DNA of 64,000 nucleotides, taken from Lingula anatina (lineage: Eukaryota; Animalia; Brachiopoda). Made by a program: the position numbers and the translations under genes. The notes below the pieces were generated by a model. It was given only the letters and a program-made list of their open reading frames with translations, ran no database searches and was not told where the DNA came from. Positions 27,508 to 39,563 of the stretch are shown here, in pieces (the first letter of the stretch is position 1; each line of letters starts with the position of its first letter). Location: contig CM120641.1 in the NCBI GenBank assembly GCA_051362555.1, forward strand, positions 25,116,401 to 25,180,400, in the 5' to 3' direction.

Positions 27508-28387
27508 TATATTATCATGCTCTATTTATCTATTTATCTTTCTCTATGACGTACCTTGGTAAAATCAATCTTGGTAAAATCAATTTATGGCAGTGCATAA
27601 TTTAAAAATTGTTCTTGCTTTCAGAATCTAAAATATTAATATGTGACTTTCATCGAGAGAAGGCCTGGACAGAGTGGGTGTCCAAAAAAGACCATGATGT
27701 CTCAGATTGCAGCAAAGAAGTCCTGAAGTTATTGCGAGACATTGCAATCAGCCCGACGAAGAATGCTTATGAAAATGCTGTGGGAAAATTGAAGACAAGT
27801 CAGATATGGAAAGAGAAAGAAAAGCTGAGAAACTATTACTGTAGGACATGGGAAAACCATCATGAGGTAATGATAGTGATAAATTAATTCATAGCTGACC
27901 ACTATTACTAAATGATAGGGTATTAGCTTGTAGTTTAATTGACTGTCACACGATCATTATAAATAATATTAATCAATATCATTTCAAACCTCTCTTGACC
28001 AACAGCTCTTAATTCTTAATACATGTCAAAGTACTGATGCTATTGTTGTTAAGGAATGATGAAGATTTATGATTATTCTTTCAGCGATGGGTACGTGCAT
28101 TTAGAGATGAGAGCCTGACTATCGCCATAAACACGAACAATGGCGTGGAACGACAGAACGAGTGGTTGAAGTCAACTTATTTACTTGGGTACAGAAATTG
28201 TAGCTTGAGTGAACTGGTAAAGGTTGTGCTCACACAATTCTTTCCCGACAGCTTTAGAAAGTAAGTAAATTAACATGATCATTTTGATTTTAGAGGCACC
28301 TACAATAAATGTGAATAACTATATATGATTAAACCATTGCGAAGTTTGTTAGTCCAATGTTTAGTAAATTATAATTTGAATATCATT

Positions 28388-29026
28388 ATGTACAGACACA
28401 GATGTGTCTGTACATATTGCCATCACCTGCGTCTGTCATCGCCAATGGCGATGCTGATGGCGATGCCGATGCCAATGCCGGCGCTGTGCATTTTCCTTGT
28501 AAACACGATAAGTGGAGGGCAGTTTTACTTTTTGGCTTTATATTTACAGAGCTGATGAATATTCATAAAATGCAGGTCAAGTTCGAAAATCAGCATGATT
28601 GGGCCATTATTGTAGAAGTTATGCTGTTTTTTCACTTTTCAGCATATATGCAACACTGTAAACACATTTCAAGGAAAACCGATAGGCCTGTTGTCGTGAA
28701 ACTCTCAGGAGTAATCGATCTTACTAAAACGGAGGTCAAGTTTGAAAATCGGCATGCAGCCTGAGTTGGAAAAGCAGTCTAATTGGCTTCTTTTTCTGGA
28801 AGTTATACATTTTCAAAGTGTGAACTTGAACTCTCATGGGCCTGAAGCCTTATGCTTGTTACACATTTTACTTTCATTGGTATTACCTGTTGAACATAAT
28901 TAAAATTTGATGTTGAGTTTACAGTTTAACATAATGTACTTTTGCATCAGAATTGACAGTAGCCTATTTTGTGCATAGTTATTTCCTGCTTTTTGTCTGT
29001 ACATTTGACAGCTTTGCTGCCTTGTT
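28388..29026 (+). mobile_element. Internally deleted HINE family A copy
   Basis: Both termini intact; internal deletion junction at ~28755 (ggcATGcagcc) with ATG microhomology. Confidence 0.85.
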
Positions 29027-30039
29027 TTACACAATGTAGTTAACCCACTTTTTTAAACAAACTAGAAATTTTTCTTGCCCACAGTAGTATTATGTATGCA
29101 TTTATCTATTATGCATTTACAACATACATGTATTACAGACTGCTAACATTACTTTGCTTTACATACATGTGCATTGAAGGGGTTTCACTCGGCTGTTTGT
29201 GTTCCTAAGGTTTTTGCCGTTTTGTGTTTTTCAGGTACCAAGAGTGGAATATCCGGTATTCTGAAGGGTATCAAAAATATCATCAAAATATCCCTCCCTT
29301 CCTGAGAAATAGGCCGAAAGATGTTGTCGACCACATCATGAAGCGGTTAGGTGCTGCGTACCCAAGTGACAAGATAACCGTTGTCGACAAGTCAGCAGGT
29401 CGATTTAAAGCAAAAAGTGAGGATGGAGTCCAGGAATATTCAGTATATTTAGGTTCAGACTCAGCGTACCCATATTGCACACTGACTCGCAAAAATGAAT
29501 TTTTTTGTTGAGGATATATATAGAAATTTAAAACAAACAATGATTAGGATGGTTAATTATACTGTATGTTTTATGATATATTTTCTGAAAGTCATTTATT
29601 TTTGTTTCGGAATGGACATTTCGTTTAACGGAAATACCAGCATGCCATTTAAAGACTTTTTTTTCTAGGATACACCTCTCTCCTGTTAATATTTTAACTT
29701 ATTTGCTTCCACCATACTACTGAGTGTTTTATAATCCAAAAATATGCAATGTCAAACACTGTTTTAATTTATTTCAGATTGCTTTTTATTTCATATGACT
29801 AAAACGGGAAAAAATTTTGGTCATTTTTCGGGCTTTGCTTTACCATAACTTTGGACTCAGTGGTGATATTTGGTTTCTATTTTCAGTGTTTATCTTCACT
29901 TACACCATTCTCTAACATAGTGATAAAAGAATTCTTTGATCATATGTATGTAATTTGTTAATTAGCAATATGTGGGAAAATCTGAAAAGTGCCCAGGACT
30001 GTAAAAATGCCCATATGCAGCTTGCACATGTAATTTTGA

Positions 30040-30830
30040 AATAGATGATATCTCGAACGACTTGATTTACTACACAATTGATGATGCACTATTTTTGGAA
30101 ACGTTAATGGAAATTAGAGGAGAAACAATATCGTTTGCGATGTACATGAAAAAAAAAATGAAAAAGAAAGGGAATTGGAAAAGGAGATTAATGAAATTGA
30201 ATCTAATTCATCTTTTGATGGCTCTTTGAATCTTTTAGATGAAAAAAAGACTTTCATATATGACCATACGGAAATTTTAGAGAAAACAAACTTTTTTCAG
30301 AACCTGCATAGAGCAAAGGAAGGTGATATCGATGATGTTGATTTTAGTGAAGGGAGTTAGAAATATTAATTTATGATAAAATAAAAGTTACTGTAGAATT
30401 CTGTATTGAAAACTTTATCTTGGGCACATATTCAAAGGTTAATTTTCAAGCCACTAGACGATATCATACTTGTTACTAAGTTCTATATATATATATTAAT
30501 TCAGAGAAAAAATATTCTGGTTAATATTTAGGGTCTGAAAAAGTTCCTGATAATTAATTATGAAATAGAGAAAGAAATAGCTCTACTGAATTTTAAACAG
30601 AAAGAATTTGCATTTATGATATTATTTACTTAGCATTAACATCTAATTACTTTATATGGTACATTCTGTTTATATATGATTTATATATATGCTAAATAAA
30701 TAAAAATTTAAAAATATTCCTGCTTTTTTACACTTCTTTTATTGATGAAAATGGCACGATTTTTTAAAGACTCTATTTATAATCATTTTCTAAATTTTAT
30801 TTGTAAAAGTAAATGTTCTAGTCATAGATT
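30040..30830 (+). mobile_element. Degenerate L1/Tx1-like LINE ORF2 fragments
   Basis: IDDALFLETLMEIRGETISFA..EKEINEIE resembles the conserved post-endonuclease segment of L1/Tx1 ORF2; downstream parts are much weaker. Confidence 0.45.
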
Positions 30831-31054
30831 AAAATAATTAGGGTTTAGTTGGTGTCCTATGATGATATTGGAAGATAATATGTACGCCTTGGAACTAAAT
30901 ATAGATCGATAGGGTTTCCCTGCTAAACTAGGTCATGTTTGCTAAACTAGGTCATGTTCTACGTCATCGGACTTTAGCTCCATATGAACTCAGTGATATG
31001 AACTAGCGCCGATAACCTGCAAGATGTAAAGTCGTACTAGTAAATAAAATTCTT

Positions 31055-31106
31055 TATTAAATTAAAGAATTTTATTTACTAGTAAATAAAATTCTTTAAT
31101 TTAATA
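31055..31106. repeat. Perfect 52-bp spacerless AT-rich palindrome
   Basis: TATTAAATTAAAGAATTTTATTTACT|AGTAAATAAAATTCTTTAATTTAATA, plus a third copy of part of the arm at 31037-31056. Confidence 0.9.
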
Positions 31107-33786
31107 CTAAATTTCACCTGCCAACGGAGTTAAAAAATTTCAAATCAGCATTCAATGCATATCGTGGCTATTCATTTTAAGCATTTCTAAAGCATTTTTT
31201 GGAATTTCTAAAAATATTGTTTCTAATTAAGTTTTGTCAGTATACGCGCGTTTGAGCAGATTGCAGCAAATAAACTACGCACGCGGGGATCTGCGAATTA
31301 GGCTTAGAAATAGATGCTACTTTCATGTTCCAGATGGCTTTTGGGGATTCACAGGAAAGTGGAGAGATAGTAGAAAACGAGGATAAATCCGATATGTCGT
31401 GGATGAAACCTTTGGCTCTACTTTTTGAAAAGAAACATGTAAATTTATGTGCACCTATCGTTCGGTATTCAAAGTAAGTCAATTAAGAACTGCATGTTGT
31501 AAGTTGTATTACTTCAGTCAGATTTAAAGTGATTGTAACTTTACCTCTTACCTCGGTATTTTACGTCCGTTTAAGAAATGGCGTTTACGTTTCTTGAGTT
31601 TTGCACGTTTAACAGTTTTAATGACAGCTAGACTTAAAAAAAAAAATGAATGAAATATATGATTGGCATCAATTTATTATTATTTTTTCTGGGGAGGGGG
31701 GTTACTGGGTGATTTGAATTTTTTTTGTCCCCAGTTGTTTACATTTTATTTTAAGTTTTTATCATTATTTCCTTGCTTTTACCTGAAAACATAGGTAATA
31801 TTTAATCACATTTAGAGATATTTTAATAAAATGAAATATATAACCATGTACTGTAAGTATAGTACATTAGGGCTATAAGTATTTGGTCATTTTTCTTAAA
31901 AATTCTACATAGGAATTTTAAAAAGAGATTATGATTATTATTATTATTATTATTACTGGTGTTTAAACTTCCAGATTGCCATTTAGGACATTAGTCAGAA
32001 AGTACCAGTGTGACATAGCATACACACCTATGATAGTGTCCAACTGCTTTGTATGCTCACAGAAAGCGAGATAGTGATTTTGCCACATGCAAGGGTAAGG
32101 TTTGAAAATGGGTGTCATCAGTGCGGCTTTTGATGGTCACCCAGTGATATATGTTATTAAAATAATGTCAGCTTCCTATCACAGTGATAGACATTTAATG
32201 GTCCTTAGTATATTATGTTGTTATTAACCCATTACAGTGACGTCATATTTGCTCCGTAACACTAGTCCAGCAGCCATACTGGAGGGAAAGAACGACGGGG
32301 ATTAGTAGCGTAAATATAGGTAAACCAAATAAAATAAACTAAAATGCATATCGCGATCAAGTACACCAAAAGGAAGAGTGTATATACATGTGAAAACTAC
32401 AGCTGATCAGCGGGATCGACCCATATAAACTCAGGACAGTCCAAAGACAAGAAATCCTGACTTATCCCAACATCGTGGAATTGTCAGAAGCTAGTTCAGT
32501 TATCTTGTACTTCATTTTTCTTGTTCACTGGATAATAACAGTTATAGTTTTAGAGAGTTTAATGTGTAATCATAAGTTCAATCTTTCATAGTAGCAACTT
32601 TTTACATAAAGGATAGATGTAAGGAGAAATTAGATCTGACCATTGGGATCGACCCTTTAGGACTCAAAGAAGACAGTATGCAGGGTTGTCTTATAACAAG
32701 AAATATTGCTGTCAGATATGATTTAACTGAACATCATGAAGCTGTCAGAAATTATTTCAGCATTCTTGTACTTCATTTTGGTTCATTAGGAAGTACATGT
32801 AACATGGCTGTTGTTTGAGAGTTCAACATTTTATTATGAATTCAACCATTCACATTAGCAACATTTTATTATTAGTCCAGACATTCACAGAAGCAAGGCA
32901 TTTTTCAAACTTATTAATTTATGATATCCAATGTAGCATAACAACAAGTCAGTTCATGAATTGATCTTCATTTGATTAAAAATATAGGAAAATGCACTTT
33001 TTGTATAAATAAAAGTTAACATAAAATGCAAAACATTGTTGACATCGTTGCACAATTCAATGACAGATTATCAGGGTCCCTTTCCTTTCAGTTGATAACA
33101 CTGACATGAAAAATATTTCCATACTTTTAATGATGCAATGCAACATGTACATGAGCATATTAAGTCAAATCAAGTCACCATAATCTGTGAAACCTATTTG
33201 GTATATTTTTATCTATGTCTAGAGAAATGCTTGATTGAAAACTCACAATTGATGTATGCTGTGTGCAATAATTGTGTGTAGGTATGTACATTTAAGTCCT
33301 TAGATGGTGTTACTAAGCAGTTTGTAATTTCATTTAGGAGAATTCCACAACTGGTGGTCAAAATTTTAAAAAAATTGCGCAACCTAGAAGAGCTAAATCT
33401 TTTCTTGATACAGGACAGCCATCTGTTTCTGCATATCAGACCATCTATGAGAAGTGCAGCATACAAAGTATTATATTTCTTGCAAACTTTTCCATTTAGC
33501 ATTTAAAAATATGAGAAAGAAAAAGTGTTTTCATTTCTTCTTGTGCTTCTGCTCACAATTCTAAATAAATAGAATACCTATCCTTGTTGTATGCAAGCTA
33601 TCAGAATAACAACTTTAAAACGACAAATGAACAATTAAATAAACAAATCCAATTAAATAACTCTTGTCATGCACTGAATTTCACTCTCCTGATGTTCAGA
33701 TCCTGTCTCCTCAGCTGGTCACAAAGATATAAGAATATCCTTTTGCTGCTTCTACCTTGTGTGCCATCTAGATGCCTTTTGTACCT

Positions 33787-33836
<50 letters not shown>

Positions 33837-34450
33837 TATTTTATTTTATTTTATTTTTTTTAATCAAGATTTACTTGCACCCAGTCATTCAGTGTGGCTT
33901 GGTGGGAAAATGCCAGATCAATAATTTCCTAAATGTAAATTAACAAAAAAAAAAAAAAGGTAACAAAAGTTATTTTTATTCATATTGTAACTTGAAATAC
34001 AGTAGAAAAACACAGAATTTAACATTTTTCAAATTAATTTCATTAAGTTATATTTCAATTAAATGATACCTGAGCTAGAATATATACTTACAAAACAGAT
34101 TTACTCTTAACACTACACCAAATCTCAAATCAAGCCACTATAACTTCCAAATACACATGACACAGGTAATTGATTTAATTGGGCCAGCTGAGCTGATGAA
34201 TATTCATAATACGCAGGTCATAGCTGTGCATTCAGAACAGCAGACTAACTAGTCGTAAATCATATATGGCTACCCCCCTAAAAGCTTGCTGTCTTATCCC
34301 CTAATGAACACTGAATAGATTCCCCGCGGGGATTACACATCAAGCATTCAAGACGGTCGACCATATTTGATCCGAAAAGTAAATCCACTTTTGTGAAAGT
34401 GATTATAACCTGAACTTGACCACTTGCAGAATTTCCTGTTTTAACTCTAG

Positions 34451-34536
34451 GTGTAATGGCAGCCAGAGGTATATTACAAAATCCAGCAATGTTTGCAGGA
34501 TATGATGCCACACCAGTACAGTGTGTCAGAGACTGG
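34451..34536 (+). CDS. DUS4L: DUS4L penultimate exon
   Basis: tctag|GTGTAATG...GACTGG|gtgagt; translates GVMAARGILQNPAMFAGY. Confidence 0.85.
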
Positions 34537-34992
34537 GTGAGTACAGGCTAGATTTGGAATTTCCTTTTATGAACTAAGGAAAATGCTTTTGTATTTCATA
34601 GCCTCAGTTTTGCAAACTATGATCAATGTACTAATATGAAATCAACAGGGGTGGCTAGTGTGCTACTTTCCTGCCAAGTGTAGAATAGTGTCCAGGTAGA
34701 GTTTAGATTGATTTTATCACCATTTGCATTTTAAATAATCTCTGGTGAAGACAATCAAATAAAAAATTGTGTTCAGCATTAAATTTTTGATGAGAATTTC
34801 CACAAATCTTCATAACTTGATTATGATAAGTATGAAATGATGACATACTGCACATTTCATACAATTCATTGCAATTTGCAAAACCTCTGTTAAGTCAAGA
34901 ATTCTTCACCATTCTTCCATAATAGTATACCAAGAGCTGACTTAATCTCGCCCCAGATTTGAATCATATTACCTCACACTTTTACGGTTTTT

Positions 34993-37973
34993 ATGTACAG
35001 ACACAGATGTGTCTGTACATATAGCCATCATCTGCGTCTGTCGTCGCCGTCGTCGCCGTCGTCGCCGTGCACTTTTACCTATAACACGATAAGTGGAAAA
35101 CCATTTTACCTTTTGACTTGAAACTTGCAGAACTGATGAATATTCATAATACGCAGGTCAAGTTCGAATATCAGCATGATCGGGTCACTTTTAGGGAATT
35201 TATGCTGTTTTTTCACTTTTTTCAGCATATATGCAGCACCGATAACACGATAAGTGGAAAACCATTTTACCTTTTGACTTGAAACTTACAGAACTGATGA
35301 ATATTCATAATACGCAGGTCGAGTTCGAAAATCAGCATGATTGGGTCACTTTTAGGGAATTTATGCTTTTTTTTCACTTTTTTCAGCATATATGCAGCAC
35401 CGATAACACGATAAGTAGAAAACCATTTTACCTTTTGACTTGAAACTTACAGAACTGATGAATATTCATAATACGCAGGTCAAGTTCGAAAATCAGCATG
35501 ATTGGGCCATTTTTAGGGAATTTATGCTGTTTTTTCACTATTTTCAATATAAATGAAACACTGATAACACAATATAAGAAAAATGGATTGGCCAATTGTA
35601 ATTATACTCACAGGAGTGGTCAATCTTACTAAAACGCAGGATGAGTTCGAAAATCAGCATAATCGGGCCATTATTTTAGAAGTTATACTGTTTTTTCACA
35701 TGTCTTCAGATTCAATTATTAGGCATGTTAACAGTCTCATTATTTAACTAATAAGATGCCTAAAAGTGTTTGTTTGATATTTCCTGCATCTTTAAAACAT
35801 TGTTAGTTGATTATGTAAAAAACATGGTAAACTTGTTATCATGTATTGTGTAATAAAGTGTCAAAAATGGAAATAAACTCATATCATTGCAGTTTGTCAG
35901 ATTCAATCATCCACTATGTTCAGAATCTCAGAATGGAGGAAATTGGACATTTAACACTGTTCTATTGATAGTTTTCCCATCTCATCAATTTTCTTAGTTG
36001 GTCATATAAAAATGGCAGTAAAATGTTTATTTTGTTTTATGTTAAAAAGTGTTAAAAATGGAAATAAACCCATTTCAGAACAGTGCTGTCTTGTTTACAT
36101 TTTGGCATTTTCAAGGTGTGACTTTGAAGTTCCATGGGCCTGAAGACCTTTGCTAGTCACATTTTCTGAATATCTGTGATACAAATATTTTATAATTAAA
36201 AATTGATGGTCATTAAGCTGTTAAACATTATGTAATATTGCATCAAAATTTGAAGAAACCCCTATTTTGGGCACTGCTTCCATGATGACCATTTAAGGAA
36301 AATCATGTCACTTACTGTTCTCAAACTTACAGGATAGAAACATGGGACTAAAATACAGCTTCAGTAGGCAATGCAGTCTGTTTGGTTTTTTTTTTCTTTT
36401 TTTATGTACAGACACAGATGTGTCTGTACATATAGCCATCATCTGCGTCTGTCGTCGCTGTCGTCGCCGTCGTCGCTGTCGTCGCCGTCGCCGTGCACTT
36501 TTACCGATAACACGATAAGTGGAAAACCATTTTACCTTTTGACTTGAAACTTGCAGAACTGATGAATATTCATAATACGCAGGTCAAGTTCGAAAATCAG
36601 CATGATCGGGTCACTATTAGGGAATTTATGCTGTTTTTTCACTTTTTTCAGCATATATGCAGCACCGATAACACGATAAGTGGAAAACCATTTCACCTTT
36701 TGACTTGAAACTTACAGAACTGATGAATATTCATAATACGCAGGTCAAGTTCGAAAATCAGCATGATCGGGTCACTTTTAGGGAATTTATGCTGTTTTTT
36801 CACTTTTTTCAGCATATATGCAGCACCGATAACACGATATAAGAAAAACGGATTGGCCAATTGTAATTATACTCACAAGAGTGGTCAATCTTACTAAAAA
36901 CGCAGGTTGAGTTCGAAAATCAGCATGATCGGGTCACTTTTAGGGAATTTATGCTGTTTTTTCACTTTTTTCAGCATATATGCAGCACCGATAACACGAT
37001 AAGTGGAAAACCATTTTACCTTTTGACTTGAAACTTACAGAACTGATGAATATTCATAATACGCAGGTCAAATTCGAAAATCAGCATGATTGGGCCATTT
37101 TTAGGGAATTTATGCTGTTTTTTCACTATTTTCAATATAAATGCAACACTGATAACACAATATAAGAAAAACGGATTGGCCAATTGTAATTATACTCACA
37201 AGAGTGGTCAATCTTACTAAAAACGCAGGTTGAGTTTGAAAATCAGCATAATCGGGCCATAATTTTAGAAGTTATACTGTTTTTTCACATTTCCTCAGAT
37301 TCAATTATTAGGCATGTTAACAGTCTCATTATTTAACTAATAAGATGCCTAAAAGTGTTTGTTTGATATTTCCTGCATCTTTACAACATTGTTAGTTGAT
37401 TATGTAAAAAACATGGTAAACTTGTTATCATGTATTGTGTAATAAAGTGTCAAAAATGGAAATAAACTCATATCATTGCAGTTTGTCAGATTCAATCATC
37501 CACTATGTTCAGAATCTCAGAATGGAGGAAATTGGACATTTAACACTGTTCTATTGATACTTTTCCCATCTCATCAATTTTCTTAGTTGGTCATATAAAA
37601 ATGGCAGTAAAATGTTTATTTTGTTTTATGTTAAAAAAGTGTTAAAAATGGAAATAAACCCATTTCAGAACAGTGCTGTCTTGTTTACATTTTGGCATTT
37701 TCAAGGTGTGACTTTGAAGTTCCATGGGCCTGAAGACCTTTGCTCGTCGCATTTTCTGAATATCTGTGATACAAATATTTTATAATTAAAAATTGATGGT
37801 CATTAAGCTGTTAAACATTATGTAATATTGCATCAAAATTTGAAGAAACCCCTATTTTGGACACTGCTTCCATGATGACCATATAAGGAAAATCATGTCA
37901 CTTACTGTTCTCAAACTTACAGGAAAGAAAAATGGGACTAAAATACAGCTTCAGTAGGCAATGCAGTCTGTTT

Positions 37974-38012
<39 letters not shown>

Positions 38013-38891
38013 AGTTAAACAGTTTTTTGTGAAAATTTTATTTTTCACATATTGGCATTTTCAAGGTGTGACTTTAAAGTTCCATGATCCTGAAGACTTT
38101 TGCTTGTCATATTTTCTGAATGTCCATGTCACTAATATTTTATTAATAACATTTGATTGTCATTATGCTGTTAAACATTATGTAATGTTGCATCAAAATT
38201 TGAAGAAACCCCTATTTTGTGCACTGCTCCTATGATGACCATTTAAGGGAAATCATGTCACTTACTGTTCTCAAACTTACAGGAAAGAAACATGGGTCTA
38301 ACATACAGCTTCAATAGGCAATGCAGTCTGTTTGGTAAATTTTTCTGGCAATTTAACAGTTTTTTTTTGAAAATTTAATTTTTCACTTATTTGCATCTTT
38401 ATTTTCTGTTTTTTTGTCTGTATATTTGACAGCTTTGCTGCCTTGTTTTTTTTTGGCAGTTAAACAGTTTCTTGTGAAAATTTAATTTTTCACATATTGG
38501 CATTTACAAGGTTTGACTTTAAAGTTCCATGATCCTGAAGACTTTTGCTTGTCACATTTTCTGAATGTCCATGTTACTAATATTTTATTAATAACATTTG
38601 ATTGTCATCATGCTGTTAAACATTATGTAATGTTGCATCAAAATTTGAAGAAACCCCTATTTTGGGCACTGCTCCTATGATGACCATTTAAGGGAAATCA
38701 TGTCACTTACTGTTCTCAAACTTACAGGAAAGAAACATGGGTCTAACATACAGCTTCAATAGGCAATGCAGTCTGTTTGGTAAATTTTTCTGGCAATTTA
38801 ACAGTTTTTTGTGAAAATTTAATTTTTCACTTATTTGCATCTTTATTTTCTGTTTTTTTGTCTGTACATTTGACAGCTTTGCTGCCTTGTT
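34993..38891 (+). mobile_element. HINE family A copy with a second copy (36404-38447) nested in its internal T-run
   Basis: Two 5' palindromes (34993, 36404) and two 3' ends (38447, 38891). The outer copy resumes at 38448 where it was interrupted. 161-bp repeats start at 35084, 35245 and 35406. Confidence 0.88.
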
Positions 38892-39398
38892 ATGAGTGTT
38901 ACAGTATTTCTTCCTTTCAAATATATAGTGATGAACATGGTGCTTAAATTGGAAGGAAAATATTAGACTAAAAGATGAACTAACCACACTACAATAAAAT
39001 TTTATAGATATAGCAAAAATTTAAAATTTTCTTTTTAAATAGTTTTCCATTCTCTTAATAAATAGATCATTGTACTTAAATAGTATAGGTGACTGCATGT
39101 ATGAATAAATGAAATGAAAATGCAGAGGTTTATAAAATTGGTGGTTTCCTTGACATAGGTCAATCATTAGTGATGTTTTTTGCCACTCATTTTTTTTGTG
39201 CTGTTTTACGCTATAGTACCAGTCAGTGTGGAATGAAATAGGCTGTAATTAAAAGTTATGCTTTCAAGCATATAAATATTACACATAATACTTGCATCAC
39301 TGACCTGACACAGATAGTTATTTTTTTTGTGGAATGAAACTGTGGAGTTGATAACAGCATGGTAATGGTTTTTTTATTCAACCATTTTCTTATTTCAG

Positions 39399-39563
39399 CT
39401 GGATATAGCATTATCGCAAGGTTTATCTTTCACAACCTTTCACCATCATCTGATGTACATGCTGGAGAAAGTCATGTCAAGGTCACAAAGACGATTATTC
39501 AATTTGTTGTCCAGCATAATTGCCGTTCTGGAATATCTAAGGGAACATTATGGGATAGGATGA
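39399..39563 (+). CDS. DUS4L: DUS4L last exon
   Basis: tttcag|CTGGAT...GGATGA; DIAL..FHHHLMYM..YLREHYG matches the DUS4L C-terminus. Confidence 0.85.
   Translation: MDIALSQGLSFTTFHHHLMYMLEKVMSRSQRRLFNLLSSIIAVLEYLREHYGIG

Larger units (their letters stand above)
19619..29480 (+). pseudogene. Spliced CaRF(ALS2CR8)-MULE DDE-SWIM transposase, disrupted
   Basis: Phase-compatible exons: 19619-19730, 20191-20402, 24052-24162, 24382-24525, 25026-25334, 25587-25670+26354-~26415, 26515-26720, 27625-27866, 28085-28260, 29235-~29480. All junctions are GT-AG except a missing donor after exon 6. CaRF-like motifs: FDGTPF..TCHQGPD, SKKVGCPA, SHVGH, WYPTQVDIKN. MULE motifs: CLMDATY, MVDF, CDFHREKAW, NTNNGVE. 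SWIM start: YSVYL..PYCT. Confidence 0.88.
19553..31012 (+). mobile_element. Mutator-like (MULE) DNA transposon encoding a CaRF-domain transposase
   Basis: Left TCGGCGCTAGTTCATATGGAGCTAAAGT (19553-19580) is matched in reverse by ACTTTAGCTCCATATGAACT (30971-30990) and ATATGAACTAGCGCCGA (ending at 31012). The ATG lies ~40 bp inside the left repeat. No TSD was found. Confidence 0.7.
31325..39563 (+). pseudogene. DUS4L: tRNA-dihydrouridine(20a/20b) synthase DUS4L, disrupted and partial
   Basis: Exon 31325/31334-31473 (NLCAPIVRYSK). Exon 31975-32094 (LPFRTLVRKYQCDIAYTPMI; frameshift giving TAG at 32072). Stub ~32185-32204 (DRHLMV). Exon 34451-34536 (GVMAARGILQNPAMFAGYDATPVQCVRDW). Exon 39399-39563 (LDIALSQG..FHHHLMYMLEK..YLREHYGIG*). 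These match DUS4L motifs; the NCGCP/HGR/ANGD exons were not found. Confidence 0.88.

Noticed and set aside
19540-31025. 9-bp TSD for the MULE element
   Set aside because: The flanks (gtaatcgctagg / taacctgcaag) do not match, so pairing of the two ends is likely but unproven.
35150-35175. GTTCGA B-box-like motif in the HINE unit suggesting a tRNA or SINE
   Set aside because: No A-box, cloverleaf or poly-A tail; the element has Helentron-type ends.
35084-35570. Regularly spaced repeats resembling a CRISPR array
   Set aside because: Whole 161-bp units repeat with no unique spacers; eukaryotic context; no cas genes.
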